Part shown: positions 1-12,108 of the stretch, in pieces | Position numbering within the stretch: position 1 is the first letter of the stretch | How the letters are laid out: each line of letters opens with the position of its first letter | Source: Octopus vulgaris | Taxonomy: Eukaryota | NCBI GenBank assembly: GCA_951406725.2 | Contig: OX597826.1 | Span: forward strand, 23,746,001-23,810,000 | Direction: 5' to 3' | DNA length: 64,000 nt | Position numbers and translations under genes: made by a program | Notes under the pieces: generated by a model | Told to the model about the DNA's origin: nothing | Database searches by the model: none | What the model saw: only the letters and a program-made list of their open reading frames with translations

Positions 1-405
1 TTATATATATATTTAACACGAGACGTGAGACTGAAATTTATCTTAGACATCAATAAGTAAGAGGAACTATAGAATTATATATATATTTAACACGAAACGT
101 GAGGCTGAAATTTATCTGAGACATCGATAATTGAGAGGAACTATAGAATTATATATATATTTAACACGAGACGTGAGGCTGGAATTTATCTGAGACATCG
201 ATAATTGAGAGGAACTATAGAATTATATGTATATTTAACACGAGACGTGAGACTGAAATTTATCTGAGACATCGATAATTGAGAGGAACTATAGAATTAT
301 ATGTATATTTAACACGAGACGTGAGGCTGGAATTTATCTGAGACATCGATAATTGAGAGGAACTATAGAATTATATATATATAACACGAGACGTGAGGCT
401 GAAAT
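1..405. repeat. 74-bp tandem minisatellite (~5.5 copies; may extend past the left edge)
   Basis: The unit ttatatatatatttaacacgagacgtgaggctgaaatttatctgagacatcgataattgagaggaactatagaa restarts at 1, 75, 149, 223, 297 and 371. A partial copy lies at ~805-843. Confidence 0.93.
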
Positions 406-898
406 AAACAGAGTCAAAGTCAAACAGAATAGAGATAACTAAAGGTCAATCAATTGGGCAGAAATATTACTGATAGGTACGGGATGAATTAAAGAAGAAT
501 ATTGCTTAACTATGATTCATCTTTGTTGACAGCAACAGTTTGAATCAAAAAATGGGGAGGCTATAATACAGGCGTTAGTTTATATAGGGTGGTGGTGAAG
601 GGAAGTGGAAAGTCCTGTCTTTCTAAAGAGATAGAAAGACAAACAGGAAGAGATGGAGATAGAGAAAAACATATCGAGACAGGGGGGGGGCCCACTAAAA
701 CTAGCAGCCATGAAGGGGCGCCTCTCATTTCTTGGAAAAGGAATACATATTAGTAGGTACAAAATACCTAAATTTGAGAGAGAGATATTTTGCAGATTTA
801 TGGGAGATGCGTGAGCTAAATTTATCTTAGACATCGATAAGTTATATATATATATATATATATGTAGAAAGTTGAAAAGGAACGCATGAGTTGATCTG

Positions 899-993
899 TA
901 TAAGGAACATAAGGCAACGTAGAAAATGCTAAAATAATTATTATAACTATATAATTATTTTAGCATTTTCTATCTTGTCTTATTTTCCTTATA
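899..993. repeat. Imperfect inverted repeat (~42-bp arms) between (TA)n runs
   Basis: taaggaacataaggcaacgtagaaaatgctaaaataattat pairs with ataattatttttagcattttctatcttgtcttattttcctta. Confidence 0.8.
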
Positions 994-1046
994 TATATAT
1001 ATATATAGATATATACACACACACACACACAGACACACACATACAG

Positions 1047-1203
1047 TGGGCTTCTTTTGGTTTCTATCTACCAAAACCACTCATAGGACTTTCATTGGCC
1101 TGAGGCTCTACAAGAAGACACTTGCCCAACATACCATGCAGAAGGACTGAACCTGGAACCATGTGACTGGGAGGCAAACTTAGTACACAGCCACACCTGC
1201 ACC
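1047..1203 (-). mobile_element. tRNA-type SINE family A, 5' part
   Basis: Reverse complement of the recurrent head gtggctgtgtggtaag...ggttcagtcccactg...gggcaagtgtcttctac. Confidence 0.75.
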
Positions 1204-1235
1204 TAAGTTTACTCGATGATACACACACGCACACA

Positions 1236-1590
1236 CGAAGCTTGCTTCCTAACCACATAGTTTCAGGTTCAGTCCCACTGCATGGCACTTTGGGCAAATG
1301 TCTTCTACTACAACTTCAGGTTGACCAAAGTTTGTGAGTGGATTTGGTAGACGGAAACTGAAAGAAGCCTGTCATGTGTGTGCGTTTGTTTTTGTGTCTC
1401 TTTGTCCTTCCGCCTTACTGCTTGACAACTGATAGTGATGTGTATATGTTCCTGTAACTTAGCAGTTCAGAGACTGACAGAATAAATACTGGGCTTTAAA
1501 AAAAAATCCTGGGGTTGATTTGTTCGACTAAAACTTCTCAAGATGGTGCTCCAGCATGGCAGCAGTCAACTATCTGAAACAAGTAAAAGA
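1236..1590 (+). mobile_element. tRNA-type SINE family A
   Basis: B-box-like ggttcagtccc, body gatttggtagacggaaactgaaagaagcc and tail ggtgctccagcatggc...ctgaaacaagtaaaag. Confidence 0.8.
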
Positions 1591-1636
1591 ATATTTATAT
1601 ATAAAATACTGAGCGAGGTATAAACAGCTGCATGAC

Positions 1637-4373
1637 ATCGTGAAGTATATTTACCACCTAAATGTGGCTAACCCATAAGGAGTGATGCTAATGTAGCTTG
1701 TAGCCCTAGGAAGACATCTCCAGCTGGCTATCAACGCACTTTCTGTGCCCTATCAGTATTTACAAAGGGAGTCATCATTCCCATCACCAGCCTGACGTGG
1801 TACACACGGACCTGGGTTTCTGCGTGTTGACCCATCATCAGCGTGTGACAGCCACCGGTTGGCGATGTGAAGTAGTTCCCAAATGCAAATATATATATAT
1901 ATACTTTTTCCAGTGACGAAAAGTCACTGATCTCGAAAAAGTGGAAATACTGATAGGGCACAGTGTTGATAGCCAGCTGGAGGAGATATCTTCCTGGGGC
2001 TACAAGTTAAGTTAAGTTAAGTTAATTTTTTGGCTCAAAAAGCAAAAAGCAAGGCCATGTAGGGGGACATGGAGTTATGTACAGGGAGGGTGTTCATGCA
2101 AAGAATTCAGGCCATTTCTGGTCATGAGAGACTTTGAACCGAGCAGTCGTCGGCAGCTTCACTATCTCGTCGGGCAGCTTATTCCATGGATCTGCAACCC
2201 GGATGGAGAAAGCCCCTCTCCTTCTATTGAGATGAAATCGTCGCAGATAGAACTTTTTGGAGTGACCCCGCAGCCGACTCTCTGGAGCAGGAGTGAAGAA
2301 CAGCTCTTTCGAGAGGTTACACTTTCCGCTTATGATGTTGTGAGCAAGAATGAGATCACCACGGCGTCGGCGTTTTTCTAGAGAAGAAAGGTCGAGCGTC
2401 TTCAGCCTTTCTTCATAAGACAAATGCTTGAGACCAAGAACCATGCGGGTAGCCAACTTCTGGACTCTTTTGAGATGCTGTATGTCTTTGAGGAGATAAG
2501 GAGAAGAGGTTTGAATCCTGTACTCCAATATGGGTCTCACCAGTGTGAAATAGAGCGGTAGGAATATGGCTGCTGTGAGCATTCCGAATGACCGTCAAAT
2601 CAAAAACAGAACTTCACGTGCTTTTTTGGCTGCATGGATGCACTGGGCCGAAGGCGAAAAGGAAGAATCCACCAAGATACCCAGGTCCTTTACCTGGTCG
2701 GTCCTCTCCAGCAGCAGACGACCCGGCTTGAAATCAAGTTGAGTTGCAGGAGAAGAGCCAACAGGCAGATGACAGTACTTTGACACGTTCAGACACAGGT
2801 CCCATTCGTTAGACCATCTCCAAACTTGGTGGAGGCATCGACGAAGATCATCTATATCACCGCGAGGAGCGACCAGTTTGACATCATCGGCAAATAGAAG
2901 GGTGTGTTGTGTGAGGTCGTCGGGCAAGTCATTTATGAAGACTAAAAACAATAAGGGCCCAAGCACTGAAACTTGAGGCACGCCACTGCTCGCACTGGAG
3001 ACATTGGACAGCGAACCATTAACTTGGACTTGGAAGGAGCGATCTGAGAGGAAGGCACCAACCCATCGTACAACATCCGGATGAAAACAAACAAATGCTT
3101 GAAGCTTGACAAGTAATAGGCGGTGGTTTACCAAGTCAAAAGCTTTGGCAAAGTCCAATAAAACGATGTCAACAGCATCACCATCATCCAGGATACGCGT
3201 CACCAATTCTTCCATTACCAGTAAGTTGGTCGAGCATGATCTCTTCGGCATGAAGCCGTGTTGGGAATCAGAGATAGAGGCTATGTTCTGGAGGTGGAGC
3301 AACATACTTCTCTTAAGGATGGTTTCGAATATCTTGCTGATTATTGAAGTAAGGGAAACCGGTCGGTAGTTAAGCGGGTCTTCGCGGCTCCCTTTCTTGA
3401 AAATTGGGCAGATTATCGCTGTTCTCCAGTCTGCAGGTATAACACCCGTCGCCAATGACATATTGAATAGAAGTGCTAAAGGCTCGCAGATGACCGGAGC
3501 CAAAGCTTTGATAACCTGTGGGTGTATGCCGTCAGGGTCGTGACCCTTCTTGACATCGAGGCCTTGAATAACGCGTTCGACTTCGTCCTGAGTGATGACC
3601 AATCTAGGCATTGGAGGTACCGATCTATCAAATGGAGGGGATTCACGACCATCATCTTGTTTGAAAATTGTTGGAAAAGCCTCAGCAAATAACTGACTTT
3701 GCTGATAAGGGTCCTCAATTGATACGCCTGTTGAGTCTACCAACGTTGCAATTTGGTTGTTCAAGTGGTAATTCCATTGGACATGGGCGAAGAAGGTTTT
3801 TAATTGCAACTGGCGTTTGCCGCGATTCTGTATTCATTTCTGAAGCGTTCTTCCTTTTCAATTTTCATGGCTCGGTCTCGTTGAGTTTTGTACACCTCAA
3901 AAGCTGCAGTCGAATCTAGATTTTTGAATTCAGCCCAAGCAATATCTCTGAGTCGAAGTTCTCGTTTAACCTTCTTTGTCACCCAGGGCTTGTGTTTCTT
4001 CTTCTTGGGAAGCCCAATGGGAACTGCTTGGTCAGTCAACCAGATTACATATGCTTTGCGGGACGACCATAGTTCATCAACTGAGGACATCGTCATCAGG
4101 GATCGCCAGTCCAGAAGCGCGGAAGCCTCGGTTAGAATTTCAAGATTGATTACAGAGAAGACTCTATGTGGCAGCGAAGTAGTTGTGGGCATAGAAAAAG
4201 TTGTGTGCATGTCGAACTTCAGGACCATGTGATCACTCTTGGCAAGAGGGGCGCACACAGATAAGCCTGACACTGATCTTGGATAGCGGGAGAATACCAG
4301 ATCCAGCATAGATGGCTGCTACAGTCAGCCCTTAAGGGTTAGCCACATTTAAGTGGCAAATATAATTCACAAT
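1637..4373. mobile_element. MITE/foldback element with long terminal inverted repeats; right arm split by a LINE
   Basis: The left arm (~1637-1762, gtgaagtatatttaccacctaaatgtggctaaccc...gccctatcagtattt) is the reverse complement of ~1946-2005 joined to 4317-4373. Confidence 0.8.
2004..4316 (-). mobile_element. 5'-truncated, frameshifted CR1/L2-like LINE (APE endonuclease C-terminus + RT)
   Basis: ORF 3800-4309 has DLVFS..SDH. ORF 2595-3809 has YRPVSLTS, QHGF, LDFAKAFD, GVPQ.SVLGP and FADD. ORF 2094-2582 has the CR1-type C-terminus LEKRRRRGDLI...WNKLP. 3' tail is (TTAAC)n at ~2004-2024. Confidence 0.92.
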
Positions 4374-4394
4374 ATATATAATAAAAAATAAATG

Positions 4395-4640
4395 CGCCCT
4401 TTTAAGGCCTAGCCAGGCTCATGGGCCTGGTTTCCTGGTTTCAATGGCGTATGTGTTCCCCAGCTGGACAGGATGCCAGTCCTTCGCAGCATTACTCATT
4501 TTTGCCAGCTTAGTGGACTGGAGCAATGTGAAATGAAGTGTTTTGCTCAATAACACAGCACATCACCCGGTTCAGAAATCGAAACCACAATCTTACGATC
4601 ATGATGCTGACACCCTAACCACTAAACCATGCACCTCTAC
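4395..4640 (-). mobile_element. tRNA-type SINE family C (ttgagcaaaacacttcatttc core)
   Basis: Minus-strand head tggtttagtggttagggtg...ggtttcgatttc. Related copies lie at ~12540-12830, 21365-21533, 31545-31800, 42775-43050, 44905-45130 and 52190-52420. Confidence 0.65.
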
Positions 4641-4659
4641 ACAATATATATATATATAT

Positions 4660-4873
4660 TCTTTTCTACTCTAGGCACAAGGCCCGAAATTTTGGGGGAG
4701 CGGGGCCAGTCGATTAGATCGACCCCAGTATGCAATTGGTACATGTTATTGACCCCGAAAGGATGAAAGGCAAAGTCAACCTCAGCGGAATTTGAACTCA
4801 GAACGTAAAGACAGATGAAATACTGCTAAGCATTTCACCCAGCATGCTTACTTTTCTGCCAGCTCACCGCCTT
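4660..4873 (-). mobile_element. SINE family B (aaggcggtgagctggcagaa...gagttcaaattccgc)
   Basis: A/B-box-like head. Related copies lie at ~5315-5530, 32985-33172, 51740-52090 and 53210-53428. Confidence 0.7.
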
Positions 4874-5314
4874 ATATACATACATATATATGATATGCAT
4901 GCACGCTCGATTTACTTCATTCACAAGTAGGTTCCATCTGAATAGCTTCCCCACTGAGGGGTGTAAAATAATGAATACAGCAAAATAATGGAGAAGTCTC
5001 AATGGCTTGTAGTGCTTCAAAACAACCAAACTCTTGCTTGACGAACCACGATAGAAATTTGCTGCTGCTCCTTAGGATAGTGTGTGTGAGAGCATACACT
5101 TACGTACAGAATGAGAGAGATGTGTTTATGGATGTACTAGAAACAGCATTATTATTATTGTGCCACTGAGTTCAACTTTGTCTTTCATACTTTCAGGGTC
5201 GATAAATTAAGTGAAGTACTGGGGTTGATGTAATCGACTGTCCCCCTTCCCCCGAATTTCAAGCCTTGTGCCTATAGTAGAAAGGATTATTATTATTGTT
5301 GTTGTTGCTGTTGT

Positions 5315-5530
5315 TAACGCAATGAGCTGGCAGAATCATTAGCATGCTGGGCAAAATGCTTAGTGGCATTTTGTTCTTCTGCCTGTTCTGAGTTCAAATT
5401 CAACCAAGATCGACTTTGCTTTTCATCCTTTCAAAGTTGATACATTAAGTACCAGTCAAATACTGGGGTCGATGTAATCAACTACTCCCCTCCTCCAAAA
5501 TTTCAGGCCTTGTGTCTTCACCAGAAAGGT
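5315..5530 (+). mobile_element. SINE family B copy ending in (TTA)n
   Basis: gagctggcagaatcattagc...ctgagttcaaattc...gactttgcttttcatcc. Confidence 0.7.
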
Positions 5531-5865
5531 TTATTATTATTATTATTATTATTATTGCCTTTGCACAGCTTCTAATGCTGGAGATGTACTACATTGTCAG
5601 CTGTTCACTACCAGTGAACTAAGGTAACACTTCTTATTTTTCGAGTATTTGAGCGGTTCCAAGCTGTGCTGTTTTCTGCGAGTGCTCCACCTTTATTGCA
5701 GCCCCCTTTTGTTCCATGTACTTCTCGAGATTTTTGCTAACTGTTCCCAGGACTCTGACAATTATTGCTACTACTGCTACCTTTTTCATCGACCACAACT
5801 GCTTAACTTCCCAAGCTAACCTGTCATATCTCTCGAATTTTCTTTCTTCCTTATCGCATACCTTG
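5531..5865 (-). mobile_element. 3' fragment of an RLE-type non-LTR retrotransposon (R4/Dong-like) with (TAA)n tail
   Basis: ORF 5634-5927 reads KEERKFERYDRLAWEVKQLW...IIVRVLGTV...QKTAQLGTA, matching the K..KY..L..E...LW...GALG C-terminus of restriction-like endonucleases. It abuts (TTA)n. Confidence 0.75.
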
Positions 5866-5936
5866 TTGTTGTTGTTGCCATTATAAAATAATCTAAAAAT
5901 ATCTTTGATACTCATTTTTGTATCCACATAAGTACT

Positions 5937-6159
5937 TTAACCTTTTTGTTACCAACCCGGCTGAAACTGGCTCTGTCGTACAAATGTCTTGTTTTCATAA
6001 GTTTTTAATCAAAATCTTCTACCAAACCTAAGTCACAATTTATGTTCCTAACACTAGCTGAATGATAACTAAGTTATTTTACTAAATTCTTTGTTATTTC
6101 TAAAATGATTGAGAGTAACACAGAGTATCTCAAAATAAATACAGTAACAAAAGGGTGAA
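5937..6159 (-). mobile_element. TTAA-flanked piggyBac-like MITE
   Basis: ttaaccttttt...aaaagggtgaa; reverse complement of the 53720-53930 copy. Confidence 0.75.
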
Positions 6160-6404
6160 GGGCATCATATGCTCCATACACGCTCTTTTTCCCTAAATGG
6201 CTTCAGATGAAAGGATATAACTTGTGTCAGTAACCTGCGAGATTAAAAATGAAGTGGGATAAATTTGCTGACGAATAAAGATACCATTGTCATCATCACT
6301 GGCAATGTTGCTTTTGTGATTGTAATCTTTTGACATTACCCTTTTTTTCTGCTGATCAGCCTAATTATGTAATACTCCCTTGTTATTAATTCCTTCTTGA
6401 TATC

Positions 6405-7030
6405 ATGGCTGTGTGGTATGAAACTTGCTTCTCAGCCACTAGGTTTCAGGTTCAGTTCCACTACATGGCACTTTGGACAGTTGACTACAGTTATAACCCC
6501 AGGCCAACCAAATTCTTGTGAGTGGATTTGGTTGTGAGAAACTGAAAGAAGCTTGTCATATAGACGTGTGTGTCTTTGTATTTGTCTCCCACTACTGCTT
6601 GCCAACCTGTGTTCTAACAACAACAATAATAAAACCATTCTATATATTTAAAACAAATGTGGCTGTGTGGTAAGTATCTTGCTTACCAACCACATGGTTC
6701 CAGGTTCAGTCTCACTGCATGGCACCTTCGGCAAGTGTCTACTACTATAGCCTCAGGCCGACCGAAGCCTTGTGAGGGGATTGGTTGACAGAAACTGAAA
6801 GAAACCTGTCGTATATATACATAGATATATATGTTTGTGTGTCTGTGTTTGTCCCCCCACCATCGCTTGACAACTGATGCTGGTGTGTTTATGTCCCTGT
6901 AACTTAGCGGTTCAGCAAAAGAGACCTATAGAATAAGTACCAGACTTACAAAGAATAAGTCTTGGGGTCAATTTGTTCGACTAAAGGCAGTGCTCCTGCA
7001 TGGCCACAGTCAAATGACTGAAACAAATAG
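6405..7030 (+). mobile_element. Two tandem SINE family A copies (~6405-6615 and ~6656-7030)
   Basis: Repeated heads tggctgtgtggta...ggttcag. The second copy has the full tail ...catggccacagtcaaatgactgaaac. Confidence 0.8.
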
Positions 7031-7613
7031 CAGAGTCAAAACAGTATATATATATATAAACATAAAATCAATTATGTTTCAATATATTTAATCAGAACTT
7101 CTAGATACTTCCTTAAGACTAATAACCCGAACAGAATTAGGTCAACCTGGATCTCTCCTTCATGTGTTGGTTTGTTTATATCCCCCCTTACCTTAGTGGT
7201 TTGGTAAAAGAATGAGTGTCGCTGTAATGCAAGCAGTGTTCTTCATTTCTAGTTTTCTGCAAAAGACCTGTCTGGCTATGGGGAAATATTACCTTGCTTG
7301 AAGATGGGAAAGGTTTATGCCAGGAAGAGCATCTCACTGTAGGAAATCTGCTTCAATAAGCTCCATCCGACCCATGCAAGCATGGGAAAGTGTACACAAA
7401 AGTAATGATGATGTATACATATCTATCTATCCATCTATCTATCTATGTGTATGTCTGTCTGTCCTGTCCTCTTTTACAGACATTTCACCATTGTGGTTGC
7501 TTAGAATCATACACTTGGTGTTCCAAGGACATTTGGATGCTTAGCTCTTAACACAACAGTAGCAGCCATATGTCTATTTCTACACCAAGATACAATGTAT
7601 ATATGATATATAA

Positions 7614-7700
<87 letters not shown>
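7614..7700. repeat. (TCTG)n(TCTA)n microsatellite
   Basis: Direct reading. Confidence 0.95.
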
Positions 7701-7702
<2 letters not shown>

Positions 7703-9583
7703 CTATACGTATTGACTCTTGAGCCACTACTGCGGAAGCTGGCGACTCTAAGGGGCATCCCGCGAGAATTGGGATGCGGGACGAGCGTGTCTGCATACGC
7801 GGACGACGTCACCGTCATAGTGTCTAGCCACGAGCACATCGAGCTGGTCGGCGAGACACTGAAAAACTACGAAGCGGTGACAGGAGCGAAAATCAACCGG
7901 GAAAAGTCAGTGGGCTTGCGACTAGGCACCTGGAGAAGCAAGCCCATGCCGTCCACCAGCGCCTCCGTCGTGGGACGCTGGACCGACGGCCCGGTTGAGT
8001 TGCTCGGGGTCTGGTTTGGTCCGGACCTCCAAGTGGAGAAGAACTGGAACGAGATAACGAGTAGGGTGGTCACTCTCGCCCGGCAATGGGCCGAGAGGAA
8101 ACTGTCCCATAAAGGTCGAGCGGAGGTGGCGAACACGTACATCGCGTCCGTCATCTACTACCGCCTGACCGTCGTACCTTGTCCCGACCCTACCATCACC
8201 AAACTACAACGCATCCTCTTTCGCTTCTTGTGGAAAGGATGCGTCCCGATGGTCAGGCGATCCATTTGCTGTCAACACCCGTTAAAAGGAGGGCTGGGCA
8301 TGCCGTGGTTGATGATGCGCAGACACGCGCTGAGACTGCGGCATCTCTGGCTCTATGTAGACGACGGTGAACAGGTGTGGTCGCCGTTTGTGAGGCACGC
8401 TTTCCCGCAGCTCGTCTCCATGACCGAACTGCAGTCGTGGATCAAAAAGAGGCCGAGGAAGGGCGAATGGCACCGCGAGTGTCGCGTTGCTCTCAAGCAA
8501 CTCTGCCGTCCTGGGTCGACCTTAAGTGACTTCAACACAACCAAAGCATTCTATAGGGGTTTAGTGGAGGGGAGGTACGACGACGAGCTCGGGGCGAACC
8601 TGGACGTCGACGAGGAGTACCTGACCCGCCTGTTCAGGACGACTTTCGGGCCAGGGCCCATGGACAACTTCCAGAGATCCTGGCCTGGCAGTGCTACCGA
8701 GAAGCGCTACCCGTTCGGGATAAGCTCTACAGACACGGCTCGAGAAACACGGGGCCGACCTGCCCGAGATGCGGTCAGAGCGACGAAACCGTTCTGCACG
8801 CACTCGTTCAGTGTCCAACAATTTCCGACCTGTGGGCTTATGTCGAACAACTGCTGTCACGTGTGGGACGAGTCGGTTTATCAGCTGAGTCTATCATCAA
8901 TATTGTCACGCCTCCTTCCTTCAAACGGGAAGGAAGAGCTATTTTCATCATCCTTGTGGCTATGGCGAAAGAATGTATCTGGTGGACACGTCTGAAAGGA
9001 TTGGAGACAAACACTTTCCTCTCTGGTCAATCTCTCATCAACTTCTTCAAGTACCACTTGAAAAGGAAAGTGAGAGTAGAGAGGCAAGTTTTGTCTAGCG
9101 AATGTTTTAAAAAAAGATGGGTGAATGTAGCAAGAATGGCACGTATGAATGACGAAGCCACCTTGAGCATAGTTCTATGAACCCAGAAATCGAAAACAGA
9201 GAGTTGCTTATTTGCAAAAAAAAAAAAAAAAGAAATATAAAATGTGACATCATTGACCGAGGTTACCGTGGTCTTTTCCGTAGGCTTTTCTTTGCACGGG
9301 TAAACCTCACCTGTCCTCCCCTTTACACTTCATATTGACATTTCTGTGATAACGATCCCTATTGATCAATTTTTTATTTTTTTTTTTTTTTTTTTTTCCT
9401 CTCCCCCTTTTTTTTAAACCCCCCTTTTTTTTGTCCTCTTTCTCTCCTTTTACGATCCCTTTTGATCGAAACTCCCCCTTCCTTTTTTTTTTTTTTTTTT
9501 TTTTTTTTAAACCTTCAAAAGAAAAGCTCTACCTTGTAATTTGTTCTATCTGTGTGCAGCCCTGTGTGGCTAATAAAGAAACA

Positions 9584-9585
<2 letters not shown>
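7700..9585 (+). mobile_element. 5'-truncated Tx1/L1-like non-LTR retrotransposon (RT C-terminal half + zinc knuckle), frameshifted
   Basis: LYVLTLEPLLRKL...SAYADDVTV...INREKS...GGLGMP. A shifted frame at ~8761 reads CPRCGQSDETVLHALVQC. ORF 8863-9180 gives the C-terminus. The T-rich 3' UTR ends gtggctaataaagaaacat then (ATCT)n. Confidence 0.9.
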
Positions 9586-9616
<31 letters not shown>

Positions 9617-9735
9617 GTCTGTCTGTCTGTCTGTCTGCCTGTCTGTCTGTATGTATGTCTGTCAGTCTGTCTATCTATCTATCTATATATATATATATGT
9701 CTGTCTATATGTGTATCTATTTATCTACCTATCTA

Positions 9736-9775
<40 letters not shown>

Positions 9776-9791
9776 TGTCTGTCTATATGTG

Positions 9792-9826
<35 letters not shown>

Positions 9827-9860
9827 TTATCTATCTATCTTTCTATCTATCTATCTATTT
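9585..9860. repeat. (TATC)n/(TGTC)n microsatellite
   Basis: Direct reading. Confidence 0.95.
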
Positions 9861-10199
9861 ACAAAGGTGACCCACGTCATCATCAACACTCACATACGCG
9901 ATCAAATATTCAAAGAAATGTATACACCCATGCCAGTAAAAGAAAAAGAACGAAGACAATAATTGCCAAAAAATGTTTGTGTGTGTGTGGCTGCATAAGA
10001 GCGTGTGTGGCAGGGTTGATATACAGAGAAGCGGAAGCGATATGCGTGTTTGTTGGCGCCATTGCCTATGCAATAGTATACGTGTGGCTGTGAGTGTAGG
10101 CGTGCGTAAATGTATGTGTGTATACATGTATATATATATATATATGTGTGTGTGTGTGCAGGTAGGTTGGTAACTAATTATAGTTATAAAGTACTACAG

Positions 10200-10211
10200 G
10201 AGGGAAAACGG

Positions 10212-10244
<33 letters not shown>

Positions 10245-10425
10245 GAGCGTGAGAGAAAGAAAGATAAAGGGCGTAGAAACATTGAGCAAGAACATAGATA
10301 CATGAAGAGAGAGGCATAGAGACAGAGAGAGAGAGAGAGATACAGGGGCCAAGAAAATGTATCAGGAAAGAAAGACAGAATGGGAGTGAAAAAGAGAGGC
10401 AGAGTGTGGGCGAAAGCTGGAGAGA

Positions 10426-10470
<45 letters not shown>

Positions 10471-10512
10471 AGAGCAGAGAGAAAGACACAAAGAGAGAGA
10501 ACACAGAGAGAG
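10200..10512. repeat. (GA)n-rich tract
   Basis: Direct reading. Confidence 0.9.
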
Positions 10513-10589
10513 TTTCAAGATAGACGTTTGGATAAGTAAAGAACAGCAGAGAACATCTAAAGATACAATGTATATACGGTATATAAGGC

Positions 10590-10893
10590 TCTCGAGGTTA
10601 CCGCGGTCTTTTCCATAGGCTTTTCTTCCCACGGATAAACCTTATCTGCTTCCCCTTTACACCTTACATCATGACACTGTGATACACGATCCCTATTGAT
10701 CGTTTTTTTTTTTTTTACTTGTTTCTTTTCCTTTTTTTTTTTCTTCTTTCTGCTTTCCCTTTTACGATCCCTTTTGATCGAAAACCTACCCCACCTTTAT
10801 ATTTTTTTCTCTTCCCCAAAAAGAAAAGCTCTACTTTGTAATCTGTCCCGTCTGTGTGCAGCCCTGTGTGGCTAATAAAGAAACATATCTATC
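10590..10893 (+). mobile_element. Second 3' UTR-only copy of the Tx1-like element
   Basis: cgaggttaccgcggtcttttcc...ctgtgtgcagccctgtgtggctaataaagaaacatatctatc matches ~9258-9590. Confidence 0.85.
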
Positions 10894-10989
10894 GACACAC
10901 ATACAACAGAAATCTGGAAAAATGTTTTTGCTTCAAGAGAACACACGATTTGGATTTTTTTCCCTACCTACATAATAAATCAATAAATA

Positions 10990-11038
<49 letters not shown>

Positions 11039-11187
11039 GCACGCTCATACATACACATAAGGTTCTCGCTTGCATTGATTGGATTTATTTATCAAATATC
11101 ATCTTCTGATCAGTATCAAAGCTTGTAGATGATATTGCTAATGAGCAGCTGAGCAGCTTGTATGGATCAAAAATTGTCAGTCATTGT

Positions 11188-11381
11188 ACTCTCTCCCTCT
11201 TCTCTCTCTCCCTCTTCTCTCTCTCTCTCTCCCTCTTCTCTCTCTCTCCCTCTTCTCTCTCTCCCTCTTCTCTCTCTCTCCCTCTTCTCTCTCTCTCTCC
11301 TTCTTCTCTCTCTCTCCCTCTTCTCTCTCTCTCTCTCTTCTCTCTCTCTCCTTCTCTCTCTCTCTCCTCTCTCTCTCTCTC
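11188..11381. repeat. (CT)n compound microsatellite
   Basis: Direct reading. Confidence 0.95.
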
Positions 11382-11669
11382 ACACTGTAGAGTCACAAGG
11401 TTGTTTGTTTTTCCAATTATGTCTGTTTACAAAACAAGTTTGCAAGCAAAATAAAGAGTGCATCGTTTTTATGCCCTTTTATTTGTTTCAGTTATTGGGC
11501 TGTGGCCAAGCTGGGGCAACACCTAGAAGAGTTTAATCAATCAAACCAACCCCAGCAACTTTTTTTTTTTTACAACTGGTACTTATTCTATCAGTACCTT
11601 TTAATATATAGTTATATAGATGTAAACAAGTAACATATAATTGTATATATATGCTAACACACACACACA

Positions 11670-11819
11670 GATGTGGCTGTGTGGTAAGAAGCCTGCTTCC
11701 CAACTACATGGTTCCAGGTTCAGTCCCACTGCATGGCATCTTGGGCAAGTGTTTTCTATAGCCCTGGGCCAATCAAAGCCTTGTGAGTGGGTTTGGTAGA
11801 CAGAAACTGAAAGAAAACC

Positions 11820-11856
<37 letters not shown>

Positions 11857-12108
11857 GTAGGTGTGTGTGTGGGGAGTCTTTTGTGCCTGTGTTAGGCCCC
11901 CACCACCACTCTAGAACCAGTACTGGTATCTTTACCTCCCTGTAACTTAGTAGTTTGGCAAAAGGGATCGATAGAATATGTACCAAGCTTTAAAAAATAA
12001 GCACAGTGGTAGGAGAAATGGGATCCATTCATTTGACTAAAGATTTTTCAAGGCAGTGCTCACAGTATAGCTGCAGACTGATGATTGAAACAAGTAAAAG
12101 AGAAAAGA
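11670..12108 (+). mobile_element. SINE family A with internal (TA)n
   Basis: Head gtggctgtgtggtaagaagc...ggttcagtcccactgc and tail gaaacaagtaaaag. Confidence 0.8.

Noticed and set aside
1-405. CRISPR-like regular repeat
   Set aside because: No unique spacers, whole units repeat, eukaryotic context and no cas genes.
1998-4323. gctaca as the LINE target-site duplication
   Set aside because: The host inverted repeat already contains the motif twice.
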